This document shows positions 54,661-61,649 of a DNA stretch of 64,000 bases, in pieces. The notes beneath the pieces are model-generated. The model was not told where the DNA came from. It saw nothing but the letters and a program-made list of their open reading frames with translations, and did no database searches. Position 1 is the stretch's first letter; the number at the start of each line of letters is the position of its first letter. The position numbers and the translations under genes are program-made. Where the stretch lies: the sequence record KJ019086.1, one strand, 5' to 3'.

Positions 54661-54951
54661 CAATGGAATCACCTAGGTAAGAGTTATCTAATAGAAGGAA
54701 CTAAACAATACATCAACCAATGGAATCACCTAAGAGAAGGTATCACTAATCCCCTATAGAAAGACCCAATAGAATGTAATCTAATCCATTGTAATCACCT
54801 ATAGGATAGTATCATATAACGAGGTCTTTACATCTCACTAAGCTCCTCCTAAACTCCACTGCCCGTTGCATATAAAGATCCATAGAAAGGTCTCTGCCCA
54901 CTGAGCCTAAACCTCTCTGCCCGTTGCAACCTAAGCCCGTTATAACACGGG
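54661..54951. repeat. Cluster of short direct repeats in AT-rich intergenic DNA
   Basis: CAATGGAATCACCTA at 54661 and 54718 (degenerate at 54787); CTGCCCGTTGCA at 54859 and 54917. Confidence 0.7.
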
Positions 54952-55002
54952 ACTTCGGAAATGTCAAGGGATCTCCGAAAAACTTAATATTTCCGAGACA
55001 CC

Positions 55003-55062
55003 CCAGACACCCACGGAACTGGCACAAACCCCCTTGGCAAACCCCCCGAAATGGCATATACT
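55003..55062 (+). promoter_or_regulatory. Element 31 (degenerate left arm)
   Basis: CCAGACA-N10-TGGCACA; TTGGCA-N17-TATACT. Confidence 0.8.
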
Positions 55063-55087
55063 ATATTCATACACAAGGGAACCACCC

Positions 55088-55321
55088 ATGGAATTCATCC
55101 AAACTGACTACCCCGCTAACATGGCTCCCAATGTTATGGAGAGGAACTATGGTCGGGGTATCATCCTGACTCAGGTTAATGAGGATGGTGTCATTCCATT
55201 CTCAGTATTCAATTTCAAAAAAGAGGATTGGAACTGGGGAGCTGACTACTACATGACCGAGCATAACTTTTATACACTAGAGGAGGCAGAGGCGGTAGTG
55301 ACTCAGCTCGTAGCCAGCTGA
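55088..55321 (+). CDS. Hypothetical protein
   Basis: Start moved to ATG 55088; stop in element 32. Confidence 0.6.
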   Translation: MEFIQTDYPANMAPNVMERNYGRGIILTQVNEDGVIPFSVFNFKKEDWNWGADYYMTEHNFYTLEEAEAVVTQLVAS

Positions 55322-55369
55322 ACCACTGGCACATGGGGGCTAGGCACAGCCCCCTCTATACCCTATACT
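55310..55369 (+). promoter_or_regulatory. Element 32
   Basis: GTAGCCA-N10-TGGCACA; TAGGCA hairpin; N17; TATACT. Confidence 0.85.
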
Positions 55370-55395
55370 ATATTCATACCAAAGGGAACCACCCC

Positions 55396-55554
55396 ATGAC
55401 CAAAGCAACTCAGAGACCTTCCACCCAGAGCCGTTACACCAGTCAGGTAGCCATGGATCGTAAGGCAGCAGCACTCCAGAGGGCTGAGGAGCGTCGCCTC
55501 ACGGGTTCTGCCGACGTGGATCAGGTGAACCGCCTCTACACTGTGACACTCTGA
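55396..55554 (+). CDS. Small hypothetical protein (52 aa)
   Basis: Start moved to ATG 55396; stop in element 33. Confidence 0.55.
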   Translation: MTKATQRPSTQSRYTSQVAMDRKAAALQRAEERRLTGSADVDQVNRLYTVTL

Positions 55555-55601
55555 TAACCGGCGCACAGGGGGTTGACAATACACCCCCATGGCTCTATAC
55601 T
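55542..55601 (+). promoter_or_regulatory. Element 33 (degenerate right arm)
   Basis: TGTGACA-N12-GCGCACA; TTGACA hairpin; N17; TATACT. Confidence 0.75.
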
Positions 55602-55625
55602 ACACTCATACACAGATCCAACCCC

Positions 55626-55787
55626 ATGAACAGCCAACAGCATCTAGACTCCCTGGTATCCTCACTAGCCCAGGACGGTTGCCAAGAGATCGCAGTTATC
55701 AAGCTCCCTTCCCAAGCGAAGAGGAACCACAAGACCCTGTTCAGCCCACCTAATAGGAAAGGACCTCGGGCTAAGGTTTCAGCCTAA
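55626..55787 (+). CDS. Small hypothetical protein (53 aa, not in ORF track)
   Basis: MNSQQHLDSLVSSLAQDGCQEIAVIKLPSQAKR... Confidence 0.5.
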   Translation: MNSQQHLDSLVSSLAQDGCQEIAVIKLPSQAKRNHKTLFSPPNRKGPRAKVSA

Positions 55788-55824
55788 CTCCCCCATTCAC
55801 TCATCCCCCTACACTCTGAGAACT

Positions 55825-56007
55825 ATGAACAACATCGATAACTTAGCTATGGATCGCCTGGATCAGTTGGCTTCCATGGTTATCCATCACACGGCGAATG
55901 GAAACGAATCACTCGCTGAACTCTGTGACCAGGAGGCAAGGGACCTACTGAACGAACTGGAATCCGAGGACTATACCTTCTGGACTATGAACCTGTTGGA
56001 AGCCTAG
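55825..56007 (+). CDS. Small acidic protein
   Basis: Last ORF of the early array. Confidence 0.55.
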   Translation: MNNIDNLAMDRLDQLASMVIHHTANGNESLAELCDQEARDLLNELESEDYTFWTMNLLEA

Positions 56008-56477
56008 GGACAGGTTAGGGGGCTGATCGACAGTCCCCCGAATCGACAGGTCCCCCGCCCGTTGAGCCGATACCCCCGGATCGCGATACCAAAAGCAATA
56101 GGGGACCCAACTCGCAACCTACAAACGTTTCCCAGCGGGCTATAATTATCGATTCCATTTTATTTTTCCCAGGGTCACCGAGCCCACAGAGTCGCCTATA
56201 TTATTCCCTTCCCAGTTTCCCAGGGTCTCCCAAAATTTTCCCCAGTAAAAATATTCCCCATAAGGTTATGCAATAAACACGGAGTGTTTCTCGTAGGGAA
56301 CCGTAGAGGAACAATCTGTTTCTCTTCACCCCCTAGGGGCTCTCCGTATCTCTCTGTCACTCTCCCATTATAACATACAATACTCTACATTACATACAGT
56401 TACTCTGAGAATACAAACACAGAGATATAGTATAAAATGTAGAAGTTCTATATACAACAGTTGTTACCCCTATATGA
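56008..56477. other. ~470-bp non-coding gap with TTCCCAG repeats at the early/core boundary
   Basis: No credible ORF; TTCCCAG at 56129, 56166, 56209, 56217; ATCGACAG twice. Confidence 0.55.
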
Positions 56478-56642
56478 ATGAAAAAGGAAAACACGTTTAT
56501 CACTGAGTTACAAGAGAATGTCTCCACGGGAGATCTAATGGCTTCTATTCCCCCACAGATCCTCTCAGAGATGGGATGGTATGAGGGCACGGAGGTACGT
56601 TGGGTCATCGATGGAAACGAGTTAGTTCTTATGGAGTCTTAG
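56478..56642 (+). CDS. AbrB/MazE-like small DNA-binding protein (54 aa, not in ORF track)
   Basis: MKKENTFITELQENVSTGDLMASIPPQILSEMGWYEGTEVRWVIDGNELVLMES fits the IP-x6-GW-x-EG-x-x-V swapped-hairpin pattern. Confidence 0.65.
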   Translation: MKKENTFITELQENVSTGDLMASIPPQILSEMGWYEGTEVRWVIDGNELVLMES

Positions 56643-56653
56643 AGACTAAAAAA

Positions 56654-56845
56654 ATGGCACAAAAAACATCCCTGTATCATATCTACGTCAACAAAGAGCC
56701 CATCTATGTCAATCTAGATGAGGATGATTTTAAGCGAGAATATAGTTACCTGTTGGGGTTTTTGGAGTTGACTAATCTAAAGAAAGATGCTACAATAGAG
56801 TATGAGGAATGTGAGACTATTCTTGGTTTAGAATCGTCTTACTAA
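56654..56845 (+). CDS. Hypothetical protein
   Basis: Start moved to ATG 56654; YHIY...ESSY. Confidence 0.65.
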   Translation: MAQKTSLYHIYVNKEPIYVNLDEDDFKREYSYLLGFLELTNLKKDATIEYEECETILGLESSY

Positions 56846-56886
56846 TCCTCTACATACTAGTATGAACACATTAATGGAGTATTGAA

Positions 56887-57654
56887 ATGGCAAAGGGTTT
56901 CACCGTGAAGGCGAAGACACCCCCTAAAGGAACCGAAGCTAAAAAGGCATCGGAATGGGATTATGATAAGGCTAAGGAGATTATGCGTGGTAAGAGCGTA
57001 GTATTCTGTCTCCCTGGTCGTGGCGTTAGTTATACGTATCTAAAGAACTTTGTTCAGCTATGCTTTGACTTAGTTCAAATGGGAGCTTCGATTCAGATCT
57101 CTCAAGACTATAGTTCAATGGTTAACTTTGCACGTTGTAAGTGCTTAGGTGCCAACGTCCTACGGGGTCCTGATCAGATTCCATGGGATGGTCGACTTAA
57201 GTACGATTACCAACTCTGGATTGATAGTGATATCGTATTCAACACTGAGAAGTTCCTACAACTTGTTCTAATGGACAAGGACATCGCTTCTGGTTGGTAT
57301 TGTACTGAAGACGGACGTACCTCCTCTGTAGCCCACTGGTTAGAGGAAGATGACTTTGCCAAGAATGGTGGTGTTATGAACCATGAGAACCTAGAAACAA
57401 TGGCTAAGCGTAAGAAGCCTTTCACGGTTGACTACACTGGCTTCGGTTGGGTCCTTATCAAGAATGGTGTCTTTGAGCACCCTGAGATGAAGTATCCATG
57501 GTTCGCACCTAAGATGCAGATCTTTGAATCTGGTGATGTACAGGATATGTGTGGTGAAGACGTTAGCTTCTGTTTAGATGCTATCGAAGCTGGATTTGAG
57601 ATCTGGTGCGACCCTCGTATCCGTGTTGGACATGAGAAGTCACGAGTGATCTAA
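56887..57654 (+). CDS. Cyanophage GT-A-like (glycosyltransferase-fold) protein
   Basis: MAKGFTVKAK N-terminus; LWIDSDIVF (DxD), DYTGFG, GEDVSFC, RVGHEK. Confidence 0.75.
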   Translation: MAKGFTVKAKTPPKGTEAKKASEWDYDKAKEIMRGKSVVFCLPGRGVSYTYLKNFVQLCFDLVQMGASIQISQDYSSMVNFARCKCLGANVLRGPDQIPWDGRLKYDYQLWIDSDIVFNTEKFLQLVLMDKDIASGWYCTEDGRTSSVAHWLEEDDFAKNGGVMNHENLETMAKRKKPFTVDYTGFGWVLIKNGVFEHPEMKYPWFAPKMQIFESGDVQDMCGEDVSFCLDAIEAGFEIWCDPRIRVGHEKSRVI

Positions 57655-57818
57655 TGGACCACTTGTATGATATAATCATAGAAGGTCAGGTTATTCATAA
57701 GGGAGTATGTGAAGAGGAGTTTCTAGATCTTATGGAGATCTTCTCTTCCAACTATTATGAATGTGGGTTCCCCCATCCTGACACCATCTCTCACACAATG
57801 TATACTAAGGAGAACTAA
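57654..57818 (+). CDS. Small hypothetical protein (54 aa, not in ORF track)
   Basis: TAATG coupling on both sides; YYECGFPHP. Confidence 0.6.
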   Translation: MDHLYDIIIEGQVIHKGVCEEEFLDLMEIFSSNYYECGFPHPDTISHTMYTKEN

Positions 57819-57949
57819 TGTACGGAAACACTAAGACTCAGGATGCGGCAAGACCTAAGAGAACCTCTCAAGGTCGTTCAGCAAACACTAAGATGAGTGC
57901 TACCTCACGAAACTCTCGTAAGAAGAGATACAAAGGGCAGGGGAAGTGA
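57818..57949 (+). CDS. Small basic protein (43 aa, not in ORF track)
   Basis: PKRTSQGRSANTKMSATSRNSRKKRYKGQGK. Confidence 0.65.
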   Translation: MYGNTKTQDAARPKRTSQGRSANTKMSATSRNSRKKRYKGQGK

Positions 57950-58407
57950 TCCACTACGGACACTTATCTAATGGTAGGATGTCTCCAAAGAATGTTTTGG
58001 AGCGTCTTATCATTAACTCTGTTGGTGAAACTGATGAAGAGTGTTGGGAGACCACACTGAAAAGTGGTGGTGGTTTCGGACACACAAGAATAAGGTTAGA
58101 TGATGGAACTAGAATGATGGTACATCGTCTTTCGTGGGAAGCACATAACGCTGAACCTATTCCTGATGGAATGTTAGTATTACATAAGTGTGATAATCCT
58201 AAATGTTTCAATCCTCATCATCTATTCTTAGGGACACAAACAGACAATATGAGAGATAAGGTAGATAAGGGTAGAGCAAACTTCTACTCTAAACTAACCC
58301 CAGAGCAGAGAGTTCTTATTAGACACTCTACAGAGGATAATAAGACACTCTCACGAAAGTTTGGAGTTACTACCGCTCGTATTAGACAACTAAAACAAGG
58401 TAGATAA
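57946..58407 (+). CDS. HNH homing endonuclease
   Basis: VHRLSWE, VLHKCDNPKCFNPHHLFLGTQTDNMRD; C-terminal HTH-like segment. Confidence 0.9.
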   Translation: MIHYGHLSNGRMSPKNVLERLIINSVGETDEECWETTLKSGGGFGHTRIRLDDGTRMMVHRLSWEAHNAEPIPDGMLVLHKCDNPKCFNPHHLFLGTQTDNMRDKVDKGRANFYSKLTPEQRVLIRHSTEDNKTLSRKFGVTTARIRQLKQGR

Positions 58408-58414
58408 GATATCT

Positions 58415-58445
58415 AACCACCTCTAAATACTAGGGGTGGTTTTTT
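58415..58445 (+). terminator. Hairpin terminator containing a late-promoter motif in its loop
   Basis: AACCACCTCT...AGGGGTGGTT stem + T-run; CTAAATA at 58423-58429. Confidence 0.6.
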
Positions 58446-58459
58446 AGTGCTATTTCTTT

Positions 58460-59068
58460 ATGGAAGTGTTGCATGAGTTTTTGAATGTACATCCAGATGA
58501 CATGTGGGTGTATAACAAACTACAACTTTGTCGTAAGTTGGAGTATATCTGTGGACCTCTAGGGGCACCAGTACCCTTTCCTGGTTGGTATATCCTTAAG
58601 CCTGCTATAAACTTCCTTGGTATGGGAAGAAACTCAAGAAAGATATGGTTAACTCCTGAAGATAAGACAGAAAACTTTGGAATACCGGGTGAGTTTTGGT
58701 CTGAGTTCTTTGTAGGGGAACATATTAGTATAGATTATCACAAAAGACATCAGATATTAACTGTCAAGGGATACCCAGAGGATAAGAAACACATCTCTGA
58801 GTGCTCTAGATGGAAGAAGTGGACTAAAGTTGATAGAGAAGTACCATTCCCAGAAGTATTAGGGGATGTATGGAGGAACTATGCTACTATTAACATTGAA
58901 TGCATTGGTGGAAATATGATTGAAGCCCATGTTAGGGGTAACCCTGACTTTGTTTGGGGTAATGAAGAAGCTATTCCAGTGTGGAAAGGTGATAGAATAG
59001 ATCCACCGGATGGTTATACATATGTCAAGAGTCCAGATTACGAAAGAGTTGGGTTCTACATCAAGTAA
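58460..59068 (+). CDS. Hypothetical protein (ATP-grasp-like pattern)
   Basis: WVYNKL, CGP-G, KPAINFLGMG, EFF-GEHISIDY, IEAHVRGNPDF. Confidence 0.7.
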   Translation: MEVLHEFLNVHPDDMWVYNKLQLCRKLEYICGPLGAPVPFPGWYILKPAINFLGMGRNSRKIWLTPEDKTENFGIPGEFWSEFFVGEHISIDYHKRHQILTVKGYPEDKKHISECSRWKKWTKVDREVPFPEVLGDVWRNYATINIECIGGNMIEAHVRGNPDFVWGNEEAIPVWKGDRIDPPDGYTYVKSPDYERVGFYIK

Positions 59069-59135
59069 ATAAAGTATCAGGGGATAGAAACCCCCTTAAA
59101 AGTTCTATAACTGTTGTTTTTAGGACTATAGTACT

Positions 59136-59273
59136 ATGGGAAGACCAGTAGATCGATCAGAAGGAGTTCTTTTAGTCACCGATTATGGTGCTCTTGAGTG
59201 GGCATTGAAGAAAAAGAAGGAAATGGCGAAGAGATGTCCGTCATGTTCTTGTCAGACAAAGGCAACTTCCTGA
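59136..59273 (+). CDS. Small hypothetical protein (45 aa, not in ORF track)
   Basis: MGRPVDRSEGVLLVTDYG...; preceded by TAAATA (59066) and a hairpin. Confidence 0.5.
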   Translation: MGRPVDRSEGVLLVTDYGALEWALKKKKEMAKRCPSCSCQTKATS

Positions 59274-59280
59274 TAATACA

Positions 59281-59297
59281 CTAAATACAACTAAATA
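59281..59297 (+). promoter_or_regulatory. Tandem late promoters of the wedge operon
   Basis: CTAAATA at 59281 and 59291. Confidence 0.6.
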
Positions 59298-59307
59298 CGC
59301 AACAATA

Positions 59308-59712
59308 ATGGCAGAAGTCACACGTATTTCTAGGGCATTTAAGGACATTAGTCTCTCGTTCAAACCTCATCCGGTTACGGGAGATATTTCTGTGCTCAAA
59401 AACGAGAGAGCGATCAACAAATCTGTACAGAATATCGTCGAAACCATTCCTGGTGAGAAGTTTTTCAATCCTAACTTTGGTTCTGACGTTAGATCAATGC
59501 TTTTTGAGTTAGTTGACTTTGGTAGTTCCGCATTAATTGAGGATCAGATCCTAACTTCCATTAATAACTACGAACCAAGAGTTAATAAAGTAAAAGTATC
59601 GGTAGATCCGAGACCTGATACTAATGAATTCGAGGTTACTGTTAATTATGAAATCATAGGACAACCATTTCCTTCCCAAACATTCACATTCATCTTAGAG
59701 GCAACTAGGTAA
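59308..59712 (+). CDS. gp25: Baseplate wedge subunit gp25
   Basis: FKDISLSF, GEKFFNPNFGSDV, YEPRV. Confidence 0.93.
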   Translation: MAEVTRISRAFKDISLSFKPHPVTGDISVLKNERAINKSVQNIVETIPGEKFFNPNFGSDVRSMLFELVDFGSSALIEDQILTSINNYEPRVNKVKVSVDPRPDTNEFEVTVNYEIIGQPFPSQTFTFILEATR

Positions 59713-61637
59713 TGGCATTTACTAAGTTCACTAACCTAGATTACGACCAGATTAAGGCGTCTATTAAGGATTATCTAAGAGCAAACTCAGATTTCACTGG
59801 GTTTGACTTTGATGGTTCTAACTTTTCTGTGCTAATTGATACTTTAGCATACAACGCCTACATCAACTCAGTAAATGCCAACATGATTGTCAATGAATCC
59901 TTTTTGGATTCAGCAGTCGTTAGGAGAAACGTGGTTTCTCTTGCTGGAAATATCGGATATCTACCAAGATCAAAGAAAGCAGCACAAGCAAAGATTACAC
60001 TTACTATTGCAACCGCCTCAGATACTCCTACGCTCACCCTGAAGGCGGGTTTGGTGTGTGTTGGGGCACAAGATAACACAAACTATGTGTTCTCCATTCC
60101 AGAGGATATTACGACACTAGTAAATGATGGGGTTGCTCAGTTTGGAACTACTGAAGATCCCATTACTGTCTACCAAGGAACATATTTACAGAACTCCTTT
60201 ACCTATGATGGGTCCTTAGATCAGAGATTCATCATTACCAACTCCAATATGGACTACAGTACCCTTGTGGTGCGTGTTAAAGATCAAAATGAACAGACTC
60301 CTGGTAAAGTCTGGAACAGAGTAGAGAATATTATCAAGATCAATAGGGATAGTGAGATATATTTCTTAGCAGAAGTTGAAAAGGAGTACTATGAACTCCT
60401 ATTTGGTGATGGAATCTTTGGTAAGAAGCTAAAACAGGGACAACAACCTGTTGCGAGTTACATTTTGACTGATGGGTCATCAGGAAATGGACCTTCTAAG
60501 TTCAGTTATTCGGGTTCTGTGGTTAGTTCGACTGGTGGAGTGATAATCCCTACCAATACCATCGATATAACCACTGTAGAGAGTGCTAGGAATGGTGCAA
60601 ATATTGAATCTGTTGACTCTGTAAGGTATTATGCACCCAAACTCTATGGTGCTCAGTATAGAAGTGTAACTGCTCGTGATTACGAGGGTATTATTAAGGA
60701 AATTTACCCAAATACGGAGTCTGTCTCTGTTGTTGGTGGTGAAGAACTCGATCCACCCCAGTTTGGTAACGTTTTAATCAGTATCAAACCGGTAAATGGT
60801 ACCGAAGTCTCTGATTTTGACAAAAAGAACATATTGGAGGGGTTGAAACAGTACACAATCGCTGGAATCAACCAACAACTAGTGGATCTTAAGATTCTAT
60901 TCGTCGAATTGGACTCTTATGTCTACTATGATGTAACTAAAGTGGCATCTGCTGACTCTTTGAAGACAGAAGTCATTGGTTCACTCAATACTTACGCAAA
61001 ATCAGTCGATCTTAACAAGTTTGGCGGTAGATTCAAGTATTCGAAGGCACAGAAGGTAATTGACGACACCAGTATCGCTGTTACCTCCAATATTACTCGT
61101 GTTGTTATCCGTAGAAACCTATCTGCAGCGATTGGGCAGTTTGCACAGTATGAATTGTGCTTTGGTAACGGTTTTCACATCAAAGCATCAGGTGGAAACA
61201 TCAAAACCACTGGTTTCCGAATTACTGGGTTGAATGATGTTGTATACTTAACAGATACACCAAATAAAGATGCAAATGGAAATGTAGATAACTCAGGGAA
61301 GGGTAAGATTTCCGTAATTACTGGAATTGCCGATGATAATGGTAGTTTCCGATATACTGTTGTTATTGATAAGGCAGGAACAGTGGATTATACAAAAGGA
61401 GAGATAATGTTGAACACTTTACAGATAAGTTCTACTGTTAAACCCAATAGAATTGTTGAAGTGCAGGCATACCCAACATCTAATGATATTATTGGTTTGA
61501 AGGACCTTTATGTGTCACTAGCTGTTCCTGATAGTGAGATAAATATGGTTAAGGATACTATTACCAGTGGTGAGCAAATCTCTGGTGTAGGATTCAAAGT
61601 AACCTCCAGTTACGGCAACGGCAAGTTAACACGGTAA
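59712..61637 (+). CDS. gp6: Baseplate wedge subunit gp6
   Basis: LDYDQIKASIKDYLR, FDGSNFSVLIDTLAYN, FLDSA, QYRSVTARDY, DPPQFG. Confidence 0.93.
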   Translation: MAFTKFTNLDYDQIKASIKDYLRANSDFTGFDFDGSNFSVLIDTLAYNAYINSVNANMIVNESFLDSAVVRRNVVSLAGNIGYLPRSKKAAQAKITLTIATASDTPTLTLKAGLVCVGAQDNTNYVFSIPEDITTLVNDGVAQFGTTEDPITVYQGTYLQNSFTYDGSLDQRFIITNSNMDYSTLVVRVKDQNEQTPGKVWNRVENIIKINRDSEIYFLAEVEKEYYELLFGDGIFGKKLKQGQQPVASYILTDGSSGNGPSKFSYSGSVVSSTGGVIIPTNTIDITTVESARNGANIESVDSVRYYAPKLYGAQYRSVTARDYEGIIKEIYPNTESVSVVGGEELDPPQFGNVLISIKPVNGTEVSDFDKKNILEGLKQYTIAGINQQLVDLKILFVELDSYVYYDVTKVASADSLKTEVIGSLNTYAKSVDLNKFGGRFKYSKAQKVIDDTSIAVTSNITRVVIRRNLSAAIGQFAQYELCFGNGFHIKASGGNIKTTGFRITGLNDVVYLTDTPNKDANGNVDNSGKGKISVITGIADDNGSFRYTVVIDKAGTVDYTKGEIMLNTLQISSTVKPNRIVEVQAYPTSNDIIGLKDLYVSLAVPDSEINMVKDTITSGEQISGVGFKVTSSYGNGKLTR

Positions 61638-61649
61638 TAGGTATTAAAC

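Larger units (their letters stand above)
27442..55601 (+). repeat. Dispersed family of 33 co-oriented ~60-bp palindrome-hairpin-promoter elements
   Basis: Consensus TGTGACA-N10-TGGCACA-N6/7-[TTGGCA|TAGGCA|TTGACA]-N17-TA[T]ACT/TATAAT, then C/A-rich leader (cataccaaagg) to ATG; copies listed individually. Confidence 0.92.

Noticed and set aside
27442-55601. CRISPR array interpretation of the repeated element
   Set aside because: Intervals range from about 200 bp to several kb and contain whole ORFs; repeats are degenerate and include promoter boxes; no cas genes in the window.
27442-55601. Classical integron attC sites
   Set aside because: A few spacers begin with GTTRRRY, but no matching RYYYAAC inverse core or long attC hairpin was found and no integron integrase is present; only the cassette-like layout is retained as a finding.
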